This document shows, piece after piece, positions 17,762 through 27,166 of a DNA stretch of 64,000 bases (positions are counted from its first letter, which is position 1; every line of letters begins with the position of its first letter). The stretch spans positions 737,191 through 801,190 of the forward strand of contig CAVPOM010000006.1 in NCBI GenBank assembly GCA_963707025.1, given 5' to 3'. This DNA is from an uncultured Verrucomicrobiae bacterium (GTDB lineage: Bacteria > Verrucomicrobiota > Verrucomicrobiia > Limisphaerales > Palsa-1400). The translations under genes and the position numbers were made by a program. The notes below the pieces were generated by a model. That model had not been told where the DNA came from and did not search any database. It saw nothing but the letters and a program-made list of their open reading frames with translations.

Positions 17762-19115
17762 AATTCCATGTCCTCCAGTTTGGCTTTGATGGCGTTGCTG
17801 AATTGAGCGCCCAGCGCGCCGTCAATCAGGCGGTGGTCGACCGAGAGCGTCATCTTCATGATCTGGCGGACGACCACCTGGTCGTCGCGCACGACGGGCT
17901 TGCGGCAGGGTGCTGGCGACGGCGAGGATGGCGCTTTCGCCGGGATTGATGATGGCGGTGAAGTTCTCCACATCCAGCATGCCCATGTTGGAGATGGTGA
18001 ACGTGCTGCCGCTCATCTCGTCGGGGGTGAGCTTGCCGGCGCGGGCCTTGTCGGCGAGCGCCTTGGAGCGCGCGCTGATTTCCAGCAGCGTCAGTTCGTC
18101 CGGCGTTGCGGATCACCGGCACGACCAGGCCCTGCTCCAGCGAGACCGCGAGGCCGAGATGGACGTGGCTGTTCCAGCGCGTGGTCTTGCCGTCGGTCGC
18201 GCTGTTCACCGTCGGGGAATTCCTGCAGCGTCAGCACCACCGCCTGCGGAGATGAAGTCCGTGACGGTGTAGGGCGCGCCCGCCGCCTTGAGCTGCGTTG
18301 CGGAACGCCACAAGGTCGGTCATGTCCACCGACGACGGTGACGTAGAAATGCGGCGTGTCGCGGAAGCTTTGCGTGAGCCGCTGGGCGATGATCTGCCGC
18401 ATCTTGGTCATCGGCCTTTGGCTTCTCGGCGATGGCGCGCTCGACGTCGGCCAGGCTGATGCGTCCGCCGAATCGCCGTGGCCTGGATGCGCCAGCACAT
18501 CGAGCTTTTCCTTCGCCGCGAGTTCCTTGGCGGCGGGACTGATGCGCAGACTTGTTGTAGCCGTGCGCTTCCAGATAATGCCTGCACGTCCTTCTCCACG
18601 ACGCGTCCCTGCGGGCCGGTGCCTTTGATGCGGGGCCGGGTCAATGACGCAATCGCCTGGCCAAGGCCGCCGCGCGCGGGCTGATGCGGAAGAGGGCGGG
18701 AGCCGCCGGAGCGGGTGCGGGCAGGGCTGGAATGGCGCCGGGGACGGAGGCCGCGGCCGTTGGCGCCGCGCCCGGCGGCGGCGGCGATGGCGGCGCGACG
18801 GGCGACAGCGCGCCCTGCTTCCGCGGGCTTGGGAGCGGGGACCGGGCGCGGGCGGTCACTGCGGGAATCGGCTTCGCCCGGTTGGCCGAGAAAACCGACC
18901 GTGCTTTGCACCGGGACGCTGACTCCCGGCGGCACGACGATTTTCAGCAGCGTGCCGGCCTCGAAACTCTCCACTTCCATGACCGACTTGTCGGTTTCGA
19001 CGGTGAACAGGATGTCGCCCTTGGCGACCTTGTCGCCTTCCTTCTTGAGCCATTCGACGATGGCGCTTTCTTCGGTCATCTGACCGAACTTGGGCATGAT
19101 GATGGGGGTAGCCAT
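17740..19115 (-). pseudogene. Dihydrolipoamide acyltransferase (E2), multiple frame changes
   Basis: Lipoyl domain (MATPIIMPKFGQMTEESAIVEWLKKEGDKVAKGDILFTVETDKSVMEVES). E3-binding segment (KGTGPQGRVVEKDV). Catalytic-domain pieces ([49 protein letters not shown]). These fall in at least 5 different ORF fragments. Confidence 0.8.
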
Positions 19116-19124
19116 GGTCGTGCC

Positions 19125-21434
19125 TTACAGGATGGAGTTGGCGGCGGCGAGGATGTCGTCGACGTTGGGCAGGAACGCCGCTTCCAGAACGTGCGATTGC
19201 GGCGCGATGCCGTTCTTGGCGCCGACGCGTTTGACGGGGGCGTCGAGGTAATCGAACGCCGCGTCCTGAATGGTCGAGGCGATTTCGCCGGTGTAACTGC
19301 CGATGTGAATGGCCTGGCTGGCGACCACGCAGCGGCCGGTCTTCTGCACCGAGCGCAACACCGTGTCCATATCCAGCGGCACGAGGCTGCGCAGGTCAAT
19401 GACCTCGGCGCTGACATTTTTTTCCGCCTTCAACTTGTCCGCGGCCTTGAGGCAGTCGTGAACCAGCGGACCCCAGGCGACGAGCGTGATGTCGGCGCCC
19501 GCGCGCTTGATGTCGGCGACGCCCAGCGGGAACGAGGTATTCCGCCTTCCGGCACCGGACCTTTCATGCCGTAAAGCCCCTGCGACTCGACAAACAGGAC
19601 GGGGTTGTTGTCGCGAATGGCCGATTTCAGCATGCCCTTGGCGTCGTCGGGCGTCGCGGGGTAAACCACATAGAGGCCGGGGATGTGGCAGAACATGGAT
19701 TCGAGCGTCTGCGAATGCTGGCCGCCGTAGCCCTTGCCCGCGCCGGCCGAGACGCGGATGACCAGCGGCACCTCGGTTTGCGCGCCGCTCATGTAATGCC
19801 ATTTGGCGGCCTGGTTGCTGATCTGGTCGGACGACATCAGCGCGAAATCGAAGTACATCAATTCCACCACCGGCCGCAGTCCGATCATGGCCGCGCCGCA
19901 GCCGGTGCCGCAGATGCAGGCTTCGCTAATCGGCGTGTTGAAGACGCGATCGCGCCCGAAGGCTTCGAGCAATCCCTTGGTCACCTTGAACGCGCCGCCG
20001 TAATCGGCCACGTCTTCGCCATAGAAGATGACGCGCTTGTCGCGCGCCATTTCCTCGACCAGCGCTTCTTTGATGGCGTCCTTGTAGGTGAGTTCGCCGT
20101 TGACGCGCTTGATTTCCGGGAGCGGGCCGGACGAGTTCCACCTTGGCAAATTCCGCCGGCACGGTCTCGCACTTCGTGTCGGTGTACATGAACTTGATGA
20201 CGTCCTTGGCGAGCGGATCGGCCGCGGCGGCGGCGCGCTTGGCGGCGCGGGCGTTGCGGTCGGCGACGCGCTTTTCCACCGCGGCGAGTGCCTTCGGCGT
20301 CGAGCACCCCGGCTTCCAGCAGCTCCTTCTTGAAGGTCTCGATGGGATCGACGGCTTTCCAGGCGGCTTCCTCTTCCTTGGTGCGGTATTCGTTGCGCGG
20401 GTCGCTGAGCGAGTGGCCCCAATAACGGTAGCAGTCCACATCGAGGAAGACCGGGCCCTTGCCTCGCGGCAGAGCTGGGCGGCGCGCAGGACGGCGTCGC
20501 GCACGGCCAGCGACGTTCATGCCGTTGACGATCTCCGCGTGCATGTTGTTGTCGGCAAAGCCGGCCGGCGCGGCGCGCGATGCGGTCCACGCCCATGACT
20601 TCGTCATCGGTGCGGTGGGTCATGCCGTAATGGTTGTTGCAGACGAGGAAGATAATCGGCAGGCCGAATTTGGGGCCGGTCGGCCAGGTGGTTGGTGAAC
20701 TGGGCCTGGGCGGCGAAATTCAAGCGATTCCAGCACCACGCCGTTGGCGTAGGCGCCGTCGCCGGCAAAGCAGCAAACCACGTTGCCGCGCTGGAGATAG
20801 CGGTTGGCCAGGGCCGCGCCGGTGGCAATGGGCACGCCGCCGCCGACGATGGCGTTGGCGCCGAGGTGGCCGACGGTGAAATCGGCGATGTGCATCGAGC
20901 CGCCGCGGCCGCGGCAATAGCCGTCGTCCTTGCCGAAGAGTTCGCAAATGGTGCGATAGACGTGTTGTTCCAGCGCGGCTTCGAGCAGGTCCTCGTGCTT
21001 GGGTGGATGGGCAGTGGGGCACGCGCTGGCGCAGTTGCGCGTCGGTCATCTGGCGGATGGCGACGGTGCCCTTGGCCAGGCTTTCGCCATGGCCGCGATG
21101 CGTGCTGGTGATGTTGTCGGGCAACTGCAGCGCGCAGCACGCGCCCGGCCGCGGTGCCTTCCTGGCCGATGGAAACATGGGTCGGCCCGCGATAGTTGTA
21201 GTCGCGGATCGGCTCGTAGGCGCCGGACCGCAGCTTGACGATCATCTCTTCCATCTCGCGGATGATGAGCATGTCTTCGAGGATGGCCACCGCTTCCGCC
21301 GGCGGGAGGGTCCCGGCTTTGAGTTCGGCCTGGAGCGTGCCGTGGTAGCGATAGGCGGGAATCCGGCCGCAGTCTATGTCAAAGGGGGTCAATTCGGGGC
21401 GTGAATCGCTGAGATAGGCGGTTGATTTCTTCAT
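19125..21434 (-). pseudogene. 2-oxoacid (pyruvate/acetoin-type) dehydrogenase E1 component, apparently fused alpha+beta, multiple frame changes
   Basis: Alpha pieces: IREMEEMIVKLRSGAYEP...GPTHVSIGQEG, GANAIVGGGVPIATGAALA, CCFAGDGAYANG, CYRYWGHSLSDP. Beta pieces: YKDAIKEALVEEMARDKRVIFYGEDVADYGGAFKVTKGL...NTPISE, PLGVADIKRAGADITLVAWG. I found no start or stop between the two halves. Confidence 0.78.
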
Positions 21435-21437
21435 CGG

Positions 21438-22280
21438 TTATTCCGGGTTGCTGGCTCGGACAATTTTAATGCCTTTGTGAACCAGGGCGCTGGCAAAAGC
21501 CAGGGGCTTGTCGGTGATCAAAACGTGGACGCTGGACCAGCGGCCGGCGCTGGCGAAAGAAACTTTGCCAGCCTTGCTGCTGTCAGCCAGGACGATCACC
21601 TGGCGCGCCTGGGCCATGACGGCTTGTTTGGTAAAGGCCTCGCTGGGGTCGGTGGTGGTCAGTCCTTCTTTCAAGGCGAATCCCATGGTCCCCATGAAGG
21701 CTTTGTCCAGATGCAGTTCCTGAAGGACCAGGCGCGTCAGCGGCCCCACCAGGGTCTGGCTGAGGCGCCGCAATTCGCCGCCAATGACAATGAGTCGCGG
21801 CCCGCGCCCGGCCAGTTCGTGGGCGGCGTGCAAGGAATTGGTGACGACGGTCAGGTTGCTCCGTTCGCCCAGCAGGCGCGCCAGCTCCAGAACGGTGCTG
21901 CCGCCGTCGAGGTAGATGGTGTCGCCCGGCTCGATAAATGACAAGGCGGCCCCGGCAATGCACCGCTTCTCCCGCACGGCCAGGGATGTCTTGTCCTCGA
22001 AAAGCGACTCGTCCAGCCGGTTCTCCACGCTGACCGCGCCGCCATGCACCCGGCGGACGGCCCCGCGGCGCTCCAACAGGTCCAGGTCCCGCCGCACCGT
22101 GGCGGGGGAGACATGGAGGCGGCGGCAGAGATCCTCGACGCGGTTGACGCCGTTGTCGCGGATCAAGGCGCGCAGGTTGTCCCATCGCTGGGGCGCCAGC
22201 GCTTTCTGGTCCAAATCCGGGTTGACGAGTTTTGATTGAATATGATCGAATATAGGGTGGAATTGGTTTAAATCAATCAA
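21438..22280 (-). CDS. DeoR-family transcriptional regulator
   Basis: Intact ORF with HTH ...VEDLCRRLHVSPATVRRDLDLLERRGAVRRVHGGA and a C-terminal sugar-phosphate-binding-type domain. A more likely start is TTG at 22214. Its stop lies 3 nt before the E1 start. Confidence 0.85.
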   Translation of the reverse strand: MIDLNQFHPIFDHIQSKLVNPDLDQKALAPQRWDNLRALIRDNGVNRVEDLCRRLHVSPATVRRDLDLLERRGAVRRVHGGAVSVENRLDESLFEDKTSLAVREKRCIAGAALSFIEPGDTIYLDGGSTVLELARLLGERSNLTVVTNSLHAAHELAGRGPRLIVIGGELRRLSQTLVGPLTRLVLQELHLDKAFMGTMGFALKEGLTTTDPSEAFTKQAVMAQARQVIVLADSSKAGKVSFASAGRWSSVHVLITDKPLAFASALVHKGIKIVRASNPE

Positions 22281-22413
22281 AATATTTCAGAATGTTTCAT
22301 TCATCTATATAGTTGGGCTGGGCTGGTTCCTGGGCGAACCTGTTGCCTCACGCCGAAAGACAACGATAATATGCGATTATTCGGGACCGACCCCGATTTC
22401 GCGGCGGGGGGTA

Positions 22414-23169
22414 TCAGATTTTTAAGGCGCGCTGGCGGTAGGCTTCGTCGGGACGGCCGGCGATGCGCGCGATGTTTTCGCTGGAGAAAAAAACGGGGCC
22501 GCCCAGGGCGGCGGCGCCGATGAAAATTCTGGCGGCTTTCTCGGCCATGAGCATGGCGGAGAGAACGGATTGCCAGGTGCCCCCAAGGGTGATAAGGCCG
22601 TGGTTTTGCATGAGGATGACCCGGGGCTGGCACTGTTCCTTTTGAAGGAACGCTTCGGTCTGGCGACGGATGGCCTGGGCCAGTTTCAAGCCCGGATCGG
22701 TAAAGGGAACGAAGACCGAGGCGGTGCCGCAACAAACGATTTCGTCGGGAAACATGCGGTGTTCGCTGAAATCCCGCGCGCGGGGCGAACAAAGGATTTG
22801 ATTGACGGTGGTGGCATGGGTGTGGCCGACGAATTTGACGCCGGGCAGGGAAAGCAGCCAGGCATGGAAGACGGCTTCGACGGACGGTTTTTTCGCCTTG
22901 GAATCAACGCGGGCGGCGAGCAGGGCGTCGTCCACCTGCTGATCGGCCAGGCTTTCTTGTTCGAGCATGGGCAGCAGGGCGGAGAAACGGCACTCGATGA
23001 GGTCGTCGTCTTTGAGAGTGCCGAGGCAGGTGCCGCTGGCTTTGACGAGAAAGGATTTGTCGCCCAGGCGGGCGGAGGTGTTGCCTTCGCCGAGGATGGC
23101 CAGACCGCGGTCTTCGCGGCCGAGATCGTGGGAAAGGGCGAGGAGTTCTTGGCGGATGGTATTTTGCAT
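22414..23169 (-). CDS. Class II aldolase/adducin-family protein
   Basis: 251-aa intact ORF with GEGNTSARLGDKSFLVKASG and VGHTHATTVN (metal-binding His cluster). Confidence 0.78.
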   Translation of the reverse strand: MQNTIRQELLALSHDLGREDRGLAILGEGNTSARLGDKSFLVKASGTCLGTLKDDDLIECRFSALLPMLEQESLADQQVDDALLAARVDSKAKKPSVEAVFHAWLLSLPGVKFVGHTHATTVNQILCSPRARDFSEHRMFPDEIVCCGTASVFVPFTDPGLKLAQAIRRQTEAFLQKEQCQPRVILMQNHGLITLGGTWQSVLSAMLMAEKAARIFIGAAALGGPVFFSSENIARIAGRPDEAYRQRALKI

Positions 23170-23174
23170 TTGGG

Positions 23175-23987
23175 TTAGTTCATTTCCTGGCCGCCGGCCA
23201 CGCTCAAGGCAACGCCGGTGATGTAAGAGGACTGGTCGGAGGCGAGAAAGACGACGGCGTTGCAGACGTCCTCGTAAGTGCAGCCGCGTTTCATGGGGAC
23301 TTGATTGACATAGGCCTGGCGGACGTCGGCCACGTTTTTGGCGCCGGGGACTTTGCCGGCACGAAGGTACTGGGCAAACAAGCCTTTTTCAGGATGGGTC
23401 CAAAGCGGGGAGTCGAGCAGGTTGCCGGGGCAGACGGCGTTGCAGCGGACCTGGAACGGGGCCATTTCCAGCGCGACGCTCTGGGTGTGGCCGATGCCGC
23501 CGAACTTGCTGGCGGCGTAGGCGGAGTTGGCGGCGCTGCCCTTCTTGCCGGATTTGGAATTAATATTGATGATGGAACCGCCCCCCTGGCTCTGCATGAG
23601 GCGGCAGGCGTATTTGGTGACCAGGAAATAGCCGAATAGGTTCACCTCCAGGACCGCGCGCCATTTGCCGGCATCGGCCTCGGCAATGGGTTCGGCCATG
23701 AGGATGCCGGCGTTGGCCACGACGATGTCCAGGCGGCCGAACTCCTGCGCGGCGCGGGCGAAGAGCATTTGGACGTCGGCTTCCTGGGTGACGTCCACTT
23801 TGACTCCGAGGACGGTACCGGCGGTTTGGGCGGCGATAGCGGCGGCGGTTTCGGCAACGCCCTTCTCGTTGACATCGGCAATAAGGACCTTGCAGCCTTC
23901 GCGGACGAGGCGGAGGGAGATGGCCTGGCCCAAACCCTGCGCGCCGCCGGTGACGATGGCGGTCTTGTTCTTCAAATCCGCGCTCAT
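23175..23987 (-). CDS. Short-chain dehydrogenase, sorbitol-6-phosphate dehydrogenase (SrlD)-like
   Basis: TGGAQGLG Rossmann motif. INSKSGKKGSAANSAYAASKFGG (YxxxK). VPMKRGCTYEDV...ITGVALSVAGGQEMN parallels my recollection of E. coli SrlD. Confidence 0.82.
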   Translation of the reverse strand: MSADLKNKTAIVTGGAQGLGQAISLRLVREGCKVLIADVNEKGVAETAAAIAAQTAGTVLGVKVDVTQEADVQMLFARAAQEFGRLDIVVANAGILMAEPIAEADAGKWRAVLEVNLFGYFLVTKYACRLMQSQGGGSIININSKSGKKGSAANSAYAASKFGGIGHTQSVALEMAPFQVRCNAVCPGNLLDSPLWTHPEKGLFAQYLRAGKVPGAKNVADVRQAYVNQVPMKRGCTYEDVCNAVVFLASDQSSYITGVALSVAGGQEMN

Positions 23988-25606
23988 GTTTTGGGGAATT
24001 GTTGCAAGAGAGCTTCTTCGGCCTGTTTGTTCCAGTGGCCGTCGGAAAGCGGCAGCGAGCCGGCCAGTTCGGCCAGCGGGGTGAGCTTTAATCCGCGGCA
24101 GGAAGGGTAAACCAGGATTTTGCCGGGCATGAGATTTTTTTCCACGGCGCGGATGCCGTCAATCGCGCCGTCCAATCCGGCCACGGCGGCGACGGACAGA
24201 TTGGTGTCGAGGCGGCGGGAAACGACTTTGGCCAGGACCTGTTTCATGTCCTCGAGGACCGAACCGCTGGTGCCGATGAAGTAAAGTTTCTTCTGGATGT
24301 AGGCGTCCAGGTCAAGGGCGGCGGTCTTGTCGGCGGGAATGCCGGCGAAGATGTTGATGAGGCCGCCGGGCGCGGCGTCCTGGACGGCCTGGGCGACCAG
24401 GGCGGGCACGGGGGCCATGAGAACGATGTAGTTGAAAGGGCCGGGAAGCTTGTCTTTGGACGGATTGCAGGGGCGGAAGGTGAGGTTGTTCCTGGCGGCC
24501 AGGGGTTCGGCCAGCCTTTGCAGCACGGCCAAACGCTCGTCGCTCAGGTCGCAAGCGAACACGGTGACGCCGGGCACGCCCTGGCAGAGGTCGCGGATGA
24601 CGTGCATGGTGCCCATCGGACCGGCCGCGCCGATGATGTTGATTTTGTCGTTGGGACGGATTTCGGCCGTGGCGGGAATGGCGGACAAGGCCGCGGCGGC
24701 GTCCCTGCCGGTGGTGCCGACCAGGCGGATGCCGCCGTAGTGAACGCGGCCGACCTGGGAGACGACCGGACGGCCAAACTTGCCGCCGGCTTGAACGATG
24801 TTGAACAAGCCGCCGACGGCGACTTTGGGGAAAAGTTGTTCCACCGTCGCCGGGTTTGAGCCGAAGTAAATGACGTCGTCAAAAGCGGCGTTGTTCAGTT
24901 CGGCAATTTTGGCAGCGGCGGTGAAGGTGGTGGTTTTGGGCTTGCCCGGCAGGCTCCAGACCCGGCTTTTGTCCACCAGCGTCTCGCCGACGACGAGCAA
25001 CTGGCCGCCGTCCTTGAGGGTCTGGCGTTGCTTCTCGACGTAGGAATCTTCGACGCAGGCCCACGGCTCGACCAAGGCGAGGGCGGAGGAGGACAAATCT
25101 TCGGGGACGGGAATGAGCATGGATTCTCCCTCCGGGGCGGTGATGACGCGCTCGTCCAGAAGGACATATTCCTGGAGGGCGCCTTCAAAATTGTAGCCGA
25201 AGGCGGAGCAAGAGTTGGCGGTGGGCAGCCAGCGGTAATCGGTTTGCACCAGGTAGCGCCCGCCGACCTTGTGGCGCTGGACATTGGCGCCGACCTGGAC
25301 CAGGCGGATGACCGTCTCATGGCCGGGCACGGCCGGTTGGTCGCCGGGCACATAGTTGGGCATTTGCCGCAAAAGATCCGGAGCAATGCCGGCGGTGATG
25401 GGAGATTTGCGGGCGTGGCCGGAAAATTGTTTGAGCAGCTTGAGGTCGGAAAAGCACAAGCCGACGACTTCCACCCGTCCCAGCACCTGATCGGGACCCG
25501 GTTGCAAGACGGGCTTGGTTTCGTTCATCTGCAACTGGTCGGGTCCGACCAGTTGCACGGCGCGCTGTTGTTTTGGAATGGGGGCGGCTGACATAATGTT
25601 GCTCAC
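23984..25606 (-). CDS. Zinc-type (MDR) alcohol/polyol dehydrogenase family protein, unusually long (540 aa)
   Basis: N-terminal GroES-like region (VLGRVEVVGLCFSDLKLL...VPGHETV). Rossmann-type segments (IIGAAGPMG). Overlaps both neighbouring genes. Confidence 0.68.
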   Translation of the reverse strand: MSNIMSAAPIPKQQRAVQLVGPDQLQMNETKPVLQPGPDQVLGRVEVVGLCFSDLKLLKQFSGHARKSPITAGIAPDLLRQMPNYVPGDQPAVPGHETVIRLVQVGANVQRHKVGGRYLVQTDYRWLPTANSCSAFGYNFEGALQEYVLLDERVITAPEGESMLIPVPEDLSSSALALVEPWACVEDSYVEKQRQTLKDGGQLLVVGETLVDKSRVWSLPGKPKTTTFTAAAKIAELNNAAFDDVIYFGSNPATVEQLFPKVAVGGLFNIVQAGGKFGRPVVSQVGRVHYGGIRLVGTTGRDAAAALSAIPATAEIRPNDKINIIGAAGPMGTMHVIRDLCQGVPGVTVFACDLSDERLAVLQRLAEPLAARNNLTFRPCNPSKDKLPGPFNYIVLMAPVPALVAQAVQDAAPGGLINIFAGIPADKTAALDLDAYIQKKLYFIGTSGSVLEDMKQVLAKVVSRRLDTNLSVAAVAGLDGAIDGIRAVEKNLMPGKILVYPSCRGLKLTPLAELAGSLPLSDGHWNKQAEEALLQQFPKT

Positions 25607-26904
25607 TGAATTCTCGCCAAAATATGGCCGGGCGCAACCGCCGCGGTCAAGCCGCGCAACTGATTCTCTTTCGCCGGCTCCAGTTGGCGTCCCAGCTTCT
25701 CAAAAAACTCGTTTTTGGCGGGGACCGTTGGGAAAGAGCTGGCGGCCCACGGGCTGAGGTAGCCCAAGCCGCTCTGGCGCTGCAAGACCGAGTGAGCATA
25801 GAAGATATGCGCGCCGCGCAGGAACACCGGCGCCAGCGGCTTGAGTTCCGCCGTTTCAAATGAATCCACGAACTTGTTGCCCGGGGAATTCATCTCAGTG
25901 CCGACGATGATGGGGAAGTGATGCTTGTCCGCCAGGGCGACGACCTCGTGGAGTTTCTGGAGTTTCTGGTCGCGCCGGCCGGGGGTATAGTTGCGGTCGG
26001 GGATGAGATTCAGCGCCGCCGCGCCGGAGGCCATGCCCAGGGCGAACAGCTCCTCCATGCACTGCTCCCCCTGGCTGGCGCCGTCCAGCCAGGCCAGCGT
26101 GGGAATGGCGCCGGACTGGAGGACGAAACGGTTCATGTCAGCCAGCAAAGGAAAGGAGCCTTCGCCCGGCTGCACGTAGCCCACGCCGCCTTGCTTCATC
26201 GTCCTGGCGCGAATGAGGTTCTGGAGATTGGCGCCGGGGGACGGGGCGTCGCCGAGTTTTTGTTTCCAAAATGCGGCGCGGTCGGCGGGGTCGGGAAAGA
26301 CCTGGGCGGCCTTGCGCTCGAAGGCTTCGCAGAGGTGGCGCTCGGTGGCATTGCCCTGCGGCGTGATGGCCGCCACGTCCTTCTCGTAATCCAGTTCGAC
26401 CGGCCGCAGGTAGCGGTTGACCCGGGCCAGCAGATCGCGAGTGCGTTGGGCGGCGGCCCCGCGCATCCGGGCCAGAAACGGATGCGGCGCGGCGCTGGTG
26501 AAGCCCACGCCCATGTGATAGGCGATCCCTGGTTCGCCGGGAGAATTGATGACGCGCGCGGCAAACTCCGGGACAAAAGTGCGCGATTCCAGGCTGACGC
26601 AGGTTTTCAGGCCCAGGAGACGCCCGGCTTCCAGAAATTCTTCCAGGCCGTCCAGCACATCGAAGTCAACAATGCCCGCCGCGGCCAAGCCGGCCTTGCG
26701 CGCCAGCCAGGCAAATTTGGAGGGAGAATAGCCATAGGCATTGTAGGAAAAGAAAGTGTGCGCGTGGAGATTGACGGCGGTTCCCGGCTGCGGCAGTGTC
26801 GTCCGCCCGTCGCCGACCTGCCGCCAGAGGGCGGCCAGCGCGCGGCGGCGCTGCGCCGCATCAAAACTATCGAGTTGTTGTTCCAGTGATTCGGTCATCG
26901 GCAA
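25603..26904 (-). CDS. PHP-domain-like metal-dependent phosphoesterase (function uncertain)
   Basis: 433-aa intact ORF, first gene of the operon. VNLHAHTFFSYNAYGYSPSKFAWLARKAGLAAAGIVDFD resembles the PHP HxH...D signature. Confidence 0.5.
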   Translation of the reverse strand: MPMTESLEQQLDSFDAAQRRRALAALWRQVGDGRTTLPQPGTAVNLHAHTFFSYNAYGYSPSKFAWLARKAGLAAAGIVDFDVLDGLEEFLEAGRLLGLKTCVSLESRTFVPEFAARVINSPGEPGIAYHMGVGFTSAAPHPFLARMRGAAAQRTRDLLARVNRYLRPVELDYEKDVAAITPQGNATERHLCEAFERKAAQVFPDPADRAAFWKQKLGDAPSPGANLQNLIRARTMKQGGVGYVQPGEGSFPLLADMNRFVLQSGAIPTLAWLDGASQGEQCMEELFALGMASGAAALNLIPDRNYTPGRRDQKLQKLHEVVALADKHHFPIIVGTEMNSPGNKFVDSFETAELKPLAPVFLRGAHIFYAHSVLQRQSGLGYLSPWAASSFPTVPAKNEFFEKLGRQLEPAKENQLRGLTAAVAPGHILARIQ

Positions 26905-27166
26905 AATTTCTCAAGCAAGCTGAGGGCGGCAGGTTAGCGCGGACAGCGTCGAGATCAATCCAAAAAGGCCGCGACATCCAAAAAGGCCGGGAGGGGAGGG
27001 CGCGACGGCCACGGTCTGTCTGTGACCGGTGAACGGCGCCGGGTTGGCATACCAACGCCTGCATCGGGCGATAAAACAACCGGGACAGACGGCGGCGTTG
27101 GCCCTGGCCTGGCTGGGCGATGAGATTTGCCGGCCAGAGGCGGGACCAGCCGGGAGCCGTCTGCAC

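Noticed and set aside
26957-26995. Direct repeat atccaaaaaggccg x2 between the PhoH stop and the PHP-operon start
   Set aside because: It is real in the sequence. On the minus strand each copy gives ggccTTTTTgg, so it may contribute to termination after the PhoH gene. The stems are only about 5 bp, so I cannot support a specific call.
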